Assembly (NCBI GenBank): GCA_010093705.1
Contig: MU006094.1
Location: forward strand, 719,550-783,549
Source: Patellaria atrata CBS 101060
Taxonomy: Eukaryota
Reading direction: 5' to 3'
Length of the DNA stretch: 64,000 nucleotides
Part shown: one piece after another, positions 24,066 to 35,890 of the stretch
Layout: each line of letters opens with the position of its first letter
How positions within the stretch are numbered: the first letter of the stretch is position 1
Translations under genes and position numbers: made by a program
The notes under the pieces: generated by a model
Database searches by the model: none
Seen by the model: only the letters and a program-made list of their open reading frames with translations
Told to the model about the DNA's origin: nothing

Positions 24066-25223
24066 CTAAATGGCGATTAGACCAGCAATAGCACCCAAAA
24101 CCGCAACCACAGCACCATTTCCCCCGCCATAAACCATGACGCCACCCGCGGTCGACACCTCAGCCGGTTCTGTCGCGCTCGCGTTGGGTTCTCCTGATAC
24201 ATCCGGCGCAATAGTCGTCACTAGCGTGGTAGTTGGCACCACCCTTGTAGGACCCTCCACCAGAGTCGATGCGTCTGGGTCAGTGAATATTGGGCCCTCC
24301 ACCTCAGTCGTCGTTGCAGCTCCGTCGTCTGTTGGTTGTGGAGCAACTACGACTGGGATGGAGCGGGTGATGCTGGGGAGCTCTGTTTCGACTTGCTCTT
24401 CTGAAGATACGATGCTTTCCACCGAGGTCGTCTCCGCCGGGGTCTCAATGGGTCGAGTGGTAGGGACGGCGAGAGTACGTCTTGTTGTTATTGTTGGTGT
24501 CTCCACGACTGTCTCTTGCGGTGTGCTAATCGGCGCCTCGGTGCTCTCGGGGATGTCTTCAGTCGGCTGGGCACCACCGTTGTTGCCGTTACAACCGGCA
24601 TTGCCCCCGAGGGCGACTTCGATTCCGGTACCAGCAATAGCCCCAGTATTTCTGATGATATTCGAGTTCGCTGCTATAAATGCTTCGACATCGATCTCAT
24701 CACCTGCAGCTGGGAAATCCTGCAGTTGCGCATTTCGCCTTTGGCCGAACATGAGGAAGGAGTACTGTCTTGTCCCCTTTTCGTTGAGTTCACCAGGCGC
24801 GGTGTAAGGGACCTCGGCGCTGCTGTCGGACGAGATCTGTGTTTTGAAACCGCTGGGTTGGAAGCCCGACCGGATGTAATGCACTATCCGTCGATCGCAT
24901 GTCGTGTCTAGCATCATGATAATAAACCTGGCATTCGTATTTACACCTGAGCTGTCCCCGAGACTGAAATCAGGTACTTCAGCACAATCTGGGGTGCGTA
25001 AGCAATTATTCATTTGAGCGGTCTTGGACGAATGCTTACCTGAAGCTCTCACTGTGGACCCATCCGGAAGGCCCTCTGAAGCGTCCCCTGTGAAACTGAT
25101 TTGCAGTTGCGTGTTGGTGGAATCGAATTCCCCTCGTAAATCGGACGGAATGGAGTCCTGTGCATGACTGAGGCCGAGAAGGGTCGCAACGGCCACGACT
25201 TGAAAAATATGCTTGCTCAACAT
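24066..25223 (-). CDS. Secreted, probably GPI-anchored protein with a PEBP-like N-terminal domain and a Ser/Thr/Pro-rich stalk
   Basis: Signal peptide, then IIMMLD...IVHY...PYTAPG...RQYSFLMFGQ (PEBP-like), a Thr/Glu/Pro-rich linker and a hydrophobic C-terminus. Probable in-frame 51-nt intron at 25039-24989. Confidence 0.7.
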   Translation of the reverse strand: MLSKHIFQVVAVATLLGLSHAQDSIPSDLRGEFDSTNTQLQISFTGDASEGLPDGSTVRASGKHSSKTAQMNNCLRTPDCAEVPDFSLGDSSGVNTNARFIIMMLDTTCDRRIVHYIRSGFQPSGFKTQISSDSSAEVPYTAPGELNEKGTRQYSFLMFGQRRNAQLQDFPAAGDEIDVEAFIAANSNIIRNTGAIAGTGIEVALGGNAGCNGNNGGAQPTEDIPESTEAPISTPQETVVETPTITTRRTLAVPTTRPIETPAETTSVESIVSSEEQVETELPSITRSIPVVVAPQPTDDGAATTTEVEGPIFTDPDASTLVEGPTRVVPTTTLVTTIAPDVSGEPNASATEPAEVSTAGGVMVYGGGNGAVVAVLGAIAGLIAI

Positions 25224-26599
25224 CTTTTAAAGTATTTTCTTAGGTTTTGGATATGAATGAAGAAAATAAGATGAGATTTGAAGAAATTAAACTGGCCAGC
25301 AGGATTGACAAACGAAAGATAGGACGGAAAAAAAATTAGGTACCGTCAAGGTTCTAACGCATAATGAAGATAGAATTTGTAAAAAGAGTAGACTGGAATC
25401 ATATATACGTCTAAATATTTGTAGGTAACCCAGATGTGGGACCTCGTCACCTGAACTCACCTTGGGGCGATGTGAGGGTGGTTGCGTCTCAGGTCTGTTT
25501 CGGGAATCGCCCATCGGTTGCAAACAGACACTACAACCTTACACCTCAGGTAGGAGGAGGTCTCTCCGACCTATCTTAAGCTCAAGGTTCTTTAATCGTG
25601 ATGATCTGGTCTTCTTGTCCTCTTGGTTTGACCTTCGGATGCCCAAACCCGAGCGATCTCGAACAGTAACCGCCAATGATTGCCTCCATCTAAGAAACAT
25701 TGCGATGGCGGAGTAGTGACGAGACAAAACTGGAGTCACAAGTCTCTGGTACTATTTATGCTGATTAAGGTTAATTATAAGAAACAATCCGAAAATAGTA
25801 GAATTGAGGTATTGTTAGATGAGTTGACCGGGAAAAGAGGACAACATGAGCGTCGTATCTTTTGATCTTTTCCCTTCGACACTTGAATCTCCATTCGATA
25901 TGCGTACGATATGACTATTTCCATTGAATCCCATGAAAAGGCCATTGTGGAGCCTCCAGCGTCGCGTCGCGCAGTTAATAGTACTTTTGTACCGTAAAAG
26001 AGGCTTACCTGATCGCTCGTGGAACCTCGCAGGATTGTGATCGATGTGCTATCATTTGGCTTAAAACACGAAAGAAAGATAGAACACCATGGACGTCAGC
26101 ACGATAGATACTTGTAGAGGATGTACAGTCTGAAGGCAGATATGTGTCGTGATTCTTCGTTGTTGACGCGGTACGAGTATGAGTTGAGGTTTTCGGAAAC
26201 TCTCCGTCGGGTCAAAGAGTGCACCCGAGACTTGTACAACTGTACTGTACAATTAAGGTACTCCTTATTCGCAATACCGTGAGCTCAACATTTCTGACTT
26301 CTCTCTTGGAAGTGAGCAATGGGATATATTCCAACTATCATTCCAATTTTGCATTTCGCTACAAAGTAGCATCATGCTGCTCCACACAGCGGAGGTAGTG
26401 CTCCGACGATCCAACAGCTGTCACTACGATGTGAGAACAGAATCAAAAGTTATTACACAATCGAGCATATTGATACTCTTGTCATGCCTCGTTCGCGCGT
26501 AGTTTGCCCCGTATCGGAGGACCGCCCATATCTTTCTCCCCAAATCTCGTTCTCCAAACCTCTTAACACAACATAAACCGCCCTCGCTGTAAACTTACC

Positions 26600-28601
26600 T
26601 CACCATTCATCCTTATCATCCTCATCATCTACCGATAGATTAGCTTAAATGTCTCATCATAAAATAAAAGTAAATCAACTTACCACTGTGACTGACTTTG
26701 CTCTTCCTCGCCGCAAGCGCACTCGCTAATGCTCCTGCCAATCCCCCGTCTGCCGCATTCGCACCCGCAGGAGACGCAGTGGGCCCCCCAGCAGGCGCTT
26801 CCTGACCTGGTACCATGGCACCACTACGATCTCTCTTCTCCGTGTCGCTGACTTTCTTGAGCCTTGCGCCGCCGCGAATGTCGGCTAGTAGATTGCCTCT
26901 CTCGCGGGAAGGTTTGGGTAGAGGAGCACCGCCGGGTGGTGGGGGGGGTGGGGGAGGACCGCCACCTGGCGGCATTGGAGGAGGTGGAGGCGCGCTGCTC
27001 ATTGGTGGGAGAGGAGGTGGTGGAGGAGGCCCGGACGATGAAGGTAGTGGCGGAGGTGGAGGAGCATTGCTGGTTGGTGGCAATGGCGGTGGCGGTGGGG
27101 GAGGCGGGATAGAAGAAATTGGGGGAGCAACTTGGTGTCGCGGAACAGTTGGGAGAGGTGGTGCAACGGGCGGGGCGTTATTGAGCGGAGGTAAGGGTGG
27201 TGGCACAGGAGCGGCATTTGTCTTAGGAGGTAATGGTGGAGGTGCAGAGGGAACTGCTTCCCTCGCTACTATATCTCGGGTAGGAGGTGGCGGCGGAACT
27301 GTTGATCGAGCTGGTGGTGGAGGCGGTCCTGAAGCAACGCGCTTGCCCTCGAACGGTGGCGGTACGTGAAATCTACCGCTAGGACCTTCGTCATCGTCGA
27401 CCGGTGTTTTGGGTGGTCGAGGAGGTGGGGGAGGGCCTGGATTTGCAAGAGAGGCGGAACCAGCTCGTGATCTAGATATTGGGGCCGACAGCTCGCGTGC
27501 AAATTTGCCTGCATCGGCAATTGGAGGTGGAGCACGGAACTTGGGGCCTGGAGGGGGAGAAGGCGCCCTAGGAGATGGAGGGGCTGGACTGGGAGATGCA
27601 TGGCGTTGAGGTGCGGCCGGGGGCTCGTTCCGAGTTCTTCTCGCTGGCGGAGGTGCAGGAGGAGGTCCTCTCCTCCCTGATGATGATGTGCTTCCGGTAT
27701 TTTGAGGGCTCAGTGAAACTATGCTACCTCTGCCTGGAGGAGCGGTTGGGGGAGGTGGTGGTGGCGCTCTCGCTCGTTTTTCTTCCGACGCTGCTTCGGC
27801 GGATTTTTTCTGTTCAATATACATCTTGATAAAGTCGGCATTTTCTTCAATCTGGTCGTCTGTTATTCCCATTTCCAACAATTCCTTCAATAACGGTTGC
27901 CACGATGGATCCGAAGTATCCAAAACAGAACTTCGGTTACTTGTCGATGCAGGACTGTGATACGTAGGTGAGGGTACTACCGATATATCTCGAGGAGGAA
28001 TTATAGACTGGGGAGGTGGTTGATGGGAAGCGGAAGAATGCCTATGTCCAAACAATCCGCCGAGGAGACCATGCCCATGAGATTTACCATTGGTAGCACC
28101 GTGTGATGCATGAGAGCCCGGACCAGAAGCTCCGAATGGTTTTGATTTGGTGTTCTTATGTGCATTCTTTTCCCTTTCGTCGACCTTTTGTTTGAATTTC
28201 TTTGCTTCTTTCTCGTCGTTGAAGGAAAAGGCTGCAAGGCAGTCTTGGAGTTCGAACGAGTGGAAGAAAACCCTATCCTGATTGTATTGGAATGTATCAT
28301 AGATCTCCTGGTCCCATATTACTCCTCTAGCGGAGGGCTATCTAAGAGTTAGTGATTGCACGTGTGCGCCATAGTTTCTCTACCGAGAAGTACTCACCGA
28401 TATATCTACTAGCTTTATCCAGAAAGCATTACCAACCAAGTCATCAGCAAGAACAGCGGCTCCCTGAAGGCCTGTATACGTCCATTTCTGACGGTTTGGG
28501 TATGCGATATACAAGCGCACAACAGCAGCTGCATGGATCTTGTTCACTTTCTTCGGAATTGTCCTCTTGATGATTTCTTTATCCTCCGGCGTAAGAGTCA
28601 T
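26600..28601 (-). CDS. LAS17: WASP homolog (Las17/Bee1/Wsp1), Arp2/3 activator
   Basis: WH1 domain (AVVRLYIAYP...WTYTGLQGA...WDQEIY), polyproline tracts, WH2 (RGNLLADIRGGARLKKV) and an acidic last exon DDEDDKDEW-stop. Two introns. Confidence 0.93.
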
Positions 28602-29067
28602 TTTTTGATTTGGTGAATCCGCTATCCAGAAGCAAATGTTATTTTCGAGGTATTGGAAAGACTCTGAGTAGGCAATCGCATATATTTGGAATTTATGATC
28701 TGGGCCTTAGTGCTATGACTGAAGGTGCCGCCTCGTGCCTCTAGTGGGTAAGCTGCGGCTGTGAGGTTATTAATAAAATACTTCGTTTGGAAGCTCTTCG
28801 TAAAGAGAAATAAGACGGCGGATGGTTCTGATATGTGTTTGAATCGAGAGTCGCGGTGTACTGTACAAGGACGTATGGGCTGGGAATAGGGAAGCTATGG
28901 AAGTCATTGGGTGGGAGTCGTCAGCCGCTGTCCACGAATTCGTACATCATGCCAAGAGTGCCATAGAGGAATTCGCGATATCCAACCCAGATACCTCCTT
29001 GCTCATTGTGCAGTACACTTTTCAAAAGAATGTGAAAGAGCATGACATAATTTAGGTTGAAGGCCCT

Positions 29068-29658
29068 CTATTTGGCTAATTCCTGACTACAGGATCCCAC
29101 TTCTTCTCCGGCTTCATCACCTCTCCAACGACTCTTGGACTGCTCCGATTTATCATGCTGTTGCAGCGGAGCCGCACGGATGTCGAGCCGAGGATTCTGC
29201 CTTTGAAGAGTGTCCATGAGTGTTTTACAATCCATCTTCAGTTGCTCAAACTTTACAGTCAATAAGTTCGGCCGCCCAACAAATACTAAAGAGCCCTTCA
29301 ATCCAGGCTTCGCAGTCTCAAGGCGTCTACCATTGGCATCCAATCCCCTCCCCTTCAAAGCCTCTATAAAGGCCTCACGCAATCGGCGCTTGCACCACGA
29401 TCGTACTACGCGCTTCTTTGAAATATCCAACCCCACTCGTATCTGCCACCATAGAGTCTCTGTGTCTCTGCTCTCGTATGAGCGACGCGTACGGATGATT
29501 AAAGGGTTAAATGGCTCGCGGATGATGTCTCTTGCGGCCATGCCCATCGCAGGCCGCGGGCTATATCGTGCATTATAGCTTCCTGATGCTGGAGCTTTGA
29601 TGTACTTCAAATAGTCTGTTTCGCGCATCAGGGTATTGAGATTGTTCGGTACGCGCAT
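29068..29658 (-). CDS. Small basic protein with a bacterial RNase P protein (RnpA)-like motif; function unknown, possibly mitochondrial
   Basis: 196-aa ATG-initiated ORF containing SKKRVVRSWCKRRLREAF followed by LVFVGRP...FEQLK. This resembles RnpA KK..AVxRNRxKRRLRE and DxVxxAR...F.EL. Confidence 0.6.
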   Translation of the reverse strand: MRVPNNLNTLMRETDYLKYIKAPASGSYNARYSPRPAMGMAARDIIREPFNPLIIRTRRSYESRDTETLWWQIRVGLDISKKRVVRSWCKRRLREAFIEALKGRGLDANGRRLETAKPGLKGSLVFVGRPNLLTVKFEQLKMDCKTLMDTLQRQNPRLDIRAAPLQQHDKSEQSKSRWRGDEAGEEVGSCSQELAK

Positions 29659-30153
29659 GGGAATGGAAAGGAGATATGGGCGGAGTAAAACTCGTCGAGG
29701 GAGGCGTGAGTATTTCGGGTTATGAAGAATCGAGGTCTATGTGCTTAGTTCTAGAAGAAATAAGTACATTGTTAGCAAATAGATAAACCATTAGATCAAG
29801 AAATATTATTGTACTAGAAGCCAGATACCCAGGGTAGAGAGGAGAGAAGAGTATCTGATGGACATAATTGAAGCGTATGTAGATGTACGCTAACTTACTC
29901 GAGAACTAGTGCTGTTCTCCATGGGCCTTGCAAGGCTGCCTGGTCACTAGTGCCAAGAACCCCTCCAATGCCCGCCCACATCTCATCAACCCTCCGCTAT
30001 GAATTATGACTATGCAACTAAACCCATCACCATCACCATTGACACGGACCCAACTACGAGACCTTTACTATCATCTTTCGGTATTGGCGAAGTACTCGAA
30101 GCATCTTAGAAAGGAAAAGGAACTCAAGAACTCTTTGATCACTCAGGCTCAAT

Positions 30154-30782
30154 ATGCCTAAAAATAAGGGAAAGGTGCGCAAAACTACCGCTCATGTTCT
30201 ACCTTATAACGCTAAAATAAGGTATAGGGAGGTAAAAATAGGCGCAGGGGAAAGAACGAGAATGATAACGAAAAGCGAGAATTGACGTTCAAAGAAGAGG
30301 GTCAAGGTACATTCATCTCCAACGTCCACCCCTCAATCCTCGCCTCTCGCCCCTTCTCACCTATAAAACGTCACTGGGTGTTTTGCCCTCTTCCTAAACA
30401 TCATACTAACCACACCCGCTCAGAATACGCCCAAGTAATCAAAATGCTCGGCAATGGCCGTCTCGAAGCGCAGTGTTTCGACGGCGCGCGCCGCCTCGCC
30501 CACATCCGGGGCAAGCTTCGCAAAAAAGTTTGGATCAACCAAGGCGACATCATCCTGCTCTCGCTCCGGGACTACCAAGAGAACAAAGGCGACGTTATCC
30601 TCAAGTATTCGGCCGATGAGGCCAGAAGTCTGAAGGCGTATGGAGAGCTGCCGGAGAACGCCAAGATCAATGAGACGGATACATATGGTGGGGATGACCA
30701 GGAGGGTATTGGGTTCGAGTTCGATGAGGATAGAGATGAAGATTCTAGTGATGATAAGGATGTGGATATTGATGATATTTGA
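30154..30782 (+). CDS. TIF11: Translation initiation factor eIF1A
   Basis: [20 protein letters not shown]...[16 protein letters not shown]...[12 protein letters not shown] and an acidic tail ending DIDDI. Two introns. Confidence 0.96.
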
Positions 30783-31268
30783 GATGGGACGGTAGGGTTC
30801 ATATTCATTCTATTGGCGTTATCATCATTGAGCATGGTTGGGAATGTGAGGTCGGTAAAAACGGAAAGGGGACAGACAGAGACCATTCACCCGATCTCAT
30901 CATGCTTGATCTGCTCTAGCATTAGACAGTATGAATAAATCTCAGAATAGAGGATGTCCAACGTCGCAGTAGGGTTCATACTCGCTATTTAGCAGGTTAA
31001 GGTCTCGTTCGTTATCGCAATTAAGCAGACAAATCACTCCACCAACTAAGAACGGCCATGCACCACCACCTTTGAAATCAAGAAAGAGCTATCAATCTGT
31101 CAATCCTCGTCAAATCTGGACCTGGTGAGTTTCCCCCTGTCGAGTCAAATTAAGCCGCAGGCTCCCCATTGTGAGATGCCTTCTCGCCACATCTTTCGAT
31201 CGGCGTTGGACTATCAAAATACTATTCATCAATCATGCTCAACTCTTAATCGTCGTTCATAACCAAAC

Positions 31269-34210
31269 TCATTCATCGTACACGTTTTTCTCAAAGAACC
31301 TCGTTACCCGTCTAGCCACTTCTTTACCCACTAATTCCGCAATGCTCTCTTCTTCCATATTTGCCAGTGCCTGCACACTCTCCACCTCTAGCGTGAGCCT
31401 ACTCATATTCTTATCCGTTATCCCCGGCACCGTCCTCAGCATATCGCATGCGGTCTGATTGAACGTCCTCGTCTGCTCCGGGCTCTCGCCCGCTTGCAAC
31501 CCAATCTGTACGGCTCTCAGCGGATCCGGCTCCTCCTGATTCGCCTTTAACGCCTCAAAGATTTCCGCCGTCTGGTACGGGCTTGATGACCATATGATCC
31601 TCAAACGTGGAAAAGCGAGTGTCAGAAGGACGAGTTTACTCTGCACGTCGGACGCGTGGACGTTACTGCTCGGGGCAGAGAGATCGGCGAACGGCTCGAG
31701 CGTGAAAGACTTGTTTTGCTCAAACTCAATGAGCAGCATTGGGTTCTTGTAATGCTGCAGCATCGTCTCGGCTTGGTTGTATAAGCGGCCGTTCGCGAAG
31801 GAGCCGATTAGATCTTTGATGGATTTGCGCTCGATGCAGATGGTAGGGGTAAGGACGTAGTCGCCGACGGTAAGCATGCAGGGGACTACAACCATATTCC
31901 GCCCGTGTAAGAGGGAGGGGAGGGAGGAACGGAATTCGCGTACGTCGACGACGACGCGAGGTGGTGCTGCGGTGGCAGCGAGACGACCCCCGCCTGCGAT
32001 GCGTGTGTTGATCGTACGCAGAAAGTGCTCTTGCGGGTCGAGGTTCGCGGTACTATCGATTGTGAGTGCCATAGATCCGCGCTCACGGATAAACTTGGTA
32101 AACGCGTCTTTCTCTCGACGGACAGCAGAGAGGTAGCGCTGTTCCTCTATCGAGCCGCCATAGTACATGAAGTAAACACGGATATTTCGGTCGTTGTGCG
32201 AGGAGCGGTAGACCTCAATGCGGCGGATGAAGGCCGCGTCGGGCTCGTACATGATCACGTAGCGAGGCTTTACTTCTTCTAGGATGTGTTCGTCCATGTC
32301 GCCGTCGTAGGGGTGGATTATGAGGAGAGAATTCATGTCGTAGAGCTCATAGTATGAGTCCATGTCGTCTAGGGGGTCCGCGCCAATTTCACCCTTTTGC
32401 ATATTTTCCACTTCTGTAGGTTCTAGTTCTGCGAGGAGGTTAGCTATGTGAGTCTCACGATCCCCTGCGACGACGACGCTGCCACCGGCAGGCCTGGTTG
32501 TAACACTACCGGCCGCACCGCCTCCTCGCACTCGTCGACGTTTGTTGGCTGGGGCCTTTCCGCGATTTTGGGCTGCCTTTGGATTGGTCTGGCCGTTGAT
32601 CGATTTCTGGTTTTCTGTGAAAAGAGAGGCACTGACTTTGGCAAAGTCTCGTTTCCAGTTTAGATAGTTGCGTAACCGTCTTCGCATGAGAACGTCAGCA
32701 GAATACCCTTCATTATCCTCGTCATCTTCATTCTTCGCTTTCTCTTCCGGTCGTATATGCATTAGTTGCAAATATTCTCGTAGTTGACTACAAGTACCTT
32801 GATCACCGCACATAATGAGGATCGTGCCGTTAGAATCATCGTTAGGAATAGGGTTAAAGTAGACTTCTCTCTCAATCTCTTCCAGAATCTCAGCTAAGAG
32901 TGCCCACTTGGGCAACTCTTCAAGTACTGGATGAAGTGAATCGGGTACAGTTTTAGAGCCAGTGCCGATTTCGCTGTCCTTGAACTTCCCTGTGTAGACT
33001 CTACGCTTTGCCGTATCAAATATAACGTGGGCAGCGTCCAGAAAAAGCCATGGCGATTGCGAGGACCGCGTTGATCCTGGGGGTGGCGCAGAAGCCGCGA
33101 GCACAGTATCTAGGTACCTGTTGAAGCTGACGGCATCGTAGGTCAAAAGAGCACTGTAATTGTTAGTTTAGGATAATTTAGTGCGAATCTGACAACGTAC
33201 TGGAGTATGGTACGAAGTAAAGTCAAATCTCGTACGATCTGCTTAGTACGGAAACTGGTCCTATGCCATACCGGATCCAGCTGCCTTCTAACTATCTGAT
33301 CGAAGCTCTTATGTAATGCACTGTCTAAAGTCCAATCGTCCATTTCTAGCCCAGAGTTGGCCTTTTTGAGCTCTCCAATGCTGACTTCCACACATTCAAG
33401 TACGGCATTTTGAATCGCCCTCATCCCATCCGTCATAGGGACTTCAAGTTCGATCACCTCCGCCTTCTTTTTCCCCTCTAATGACTTAGCCACATTCACA
33501 TGGAATCGTGGATAGAGCGACGGCGTTTGTAGAAATAGATTTCTCATCATAGTCGTCAGAGGAGAGAAGCCCCTAGTGAACGGTTCCGGACGATCCGAAA
33601 GTGCCTTTAAGAAACCGACTTTATTCTTTTGACGGTATATCCGAACGATGAACGCTTCAAGGGAAGTTGCAACGACGTTCTCAGCATGTAATACCACAAT
33701 ACCAGTAATGCTCGCCGGGTCAAGCAAACCCGAGAGCAAGTCCACAATGAGTATGCGAGATGTGATGCTAAATATACCACCCTGAGAATACATCTTCTCT
33801 CGCGTACCGACGCTCATTAGATCGGTATTGACGAGACTTAGCCCTCTGCATTTCGGCGCCATGCTAATGGCAGCATGCTCTGCGAGGGCCTCTCCGATCC
33901 AGCCATTCTCACGATCATCTGCTCCAATGAGCAGTATTAGGTTATTCCCAGCCGCATCGTAGGAATGTAAAAGATTCGTTACGAGCCGAAGAAGGCCTAA
34001 CCCGCGCGCAATGATGAGGAGCTCGTCTTGGTCCCTTAGTTCATGGAAGATTTCTTGTTGAAATTCCTAAGGATAGTCAGCTAAGAGTCGAAAAGAGTGA
34101 TATACCTTCCCTTCCTATGGCACCCCATAGGTTGAGGAGGGATACGGGATAAATGTTACCAGAGGTAGAGATAGCTTCACGGGGGCTCCGTCATTTTTGT
34201 CGGCGGGCAT
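31269..34210 (-). CDS. RAD1: XPF/Rad1/MEI-9 structure-specific DNA repair endonuclease
   Basis: Helicase-like N-terminus (SRILIVDLL, LYPRFH) and ERCC4 nuclease domain (VDVREFRS, VGDY, ERKSIKDL), then a C-terminal HhH region. Introns near 34159-34068 and 33200-33148. Confidence 0.93.
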
Positions 34211-35890
34211 CTGTGCTGGAATGATGCCAGAGTATAAGTTGATTCCTCCAGTGCTGCGATGCCTACCTTACGTCCAGTCGCACACTAGGTCCAGATGAGT
34301 TAAATAGTTTGGCCGCGACGGTGACCGTAGAACTTCGTATTTCGACAGTATAGTAAGCCGTAGTGTGTAGTCTTCATCTCTGCTCGGTAGAATGAAGAAC
34401 CGGACTCCGTACTGGGGTGATATTCCCGTCCACTCGCACCTCACTTTAGTCACTTACGGTATACATCTTCTTCCTTTTCACTTTTCATCCTTTACTTTAT
34501 ATTATCCCAAGACCCTATAAGTCATTTTGGGTGTAAGTCTAGAGTTGACTTAGAAAGGAAACTGACATGCCTATACCTTGTACAGTACAGTACAGTACAG
34601 AGTACCTGGTTCTTCCAAGTACTTGTCCTACAGCGCTGTCACAAGAGACGCTTGAACATTTACAAGAGGAGGCTCTCCCAAAACGTCCGCACAGTGCGAT
34701 CATTTCCTTTTATTCATCTACAGCGAAACCAATCACTTCATCGGCTAGAATGTATTCTGCCGTAGCATCTCTTTCCGTCGATCATGTCGCCTCCCCCTTT
34801 TGCTATCGCCGCCGCAACAGGGGAAGCATGGCGGGGGAAGGTCGAGGGTTCAACATAACCCATACCTCCACCGTTGCGCTGGAGCGTTACGACGTCTTTA
34901 ATTAAGTCTAGCTCTACACTTTGTGGTCTGCCATTCAGGGTGATACATTTTCAAATAATACAATCTACCGAACCTCCCGTCAGGCCTCGCTTTTGCATCC
35001 AAAAGTCTCTATTTGTCGAACGGGGATGACAACTCCTCATGTTGCTATGTGGTTTTCCGCACACAGTCCTGAAACATCAGCCACGGATGTCTAAAAGGTA
35101 ACTGTAGCTTTACGGCAGAGACATTAAGATGGTGTCAATCTAATTTCCGTTTATCTTCTCAGTCAGAACGTCTTTCCTTCAAAGCTCCACCGTTATGCAT
35201 TCTTATCGTCTGGGAATCATCTCTTCTCCCCTATTGCCGGGAATGACTTGACCCTGGAAGTTTATTGCGACATTCAACAAGATCTCAACGACCTTCTCGA
35301 TAGAGGGGATCGATAACCAATTCCCTGCCATAAGGGTTCAGGCTAGTCACAGGATAACTCGCAATAGTCACTTACCCAAAGTGCGCCTCATTCCCTGCGG
35401 CCATATCTGGATTTCCGAGGCTTACTTTCGGTATCGATATCGATTTGCAAACTCGCAAATACAAAAATTATGCCACGCCCAATTGGGAAGGTTAAAATAC
35501 AGCAGGGCCAAGACACCCTGGCAGATATATAGTGCCCAGGAGAAACAGAGCTAGGGTAGCAACACCACTTTGTCACAGTCACTGGAGCACCACGATAAAT
35601 CCTCTCACATTTCGCTCCGTTTAGGTCCTCTTCAAAGCGGTCCTAATGCTTGAAGAGGAAGTCATGATGATTCCTTTGGGGCTCAAAGATTCAGGCGTCA
35701 AATGTATGGTACCCAGGCGGTATCGCTGGCCGTTAGTAGACGACGTGGGTTGAGGGGATGATATTGTAAAAGAGATGGTATATATAAGTATATAAAGAGC
35801 AGATGGGTAGGTTGAATTTATATCTTCACCCAGGCTCGTTTGCTTCATCCTCACCAAGGCATATCATCTCCCCTGGGGCTACCTTTGGAA

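Noticed and set aside
24136..24807. 223-aa ORF on the + strand
   Set aside because: Antisense shadow of the Thr/Pro-rich stalk of the GPI protein.
26815..27369. Gly-rich 184-aa ORF on the + strand
   Set aside because: Antisense shadow of the polyproline region of LAS17.
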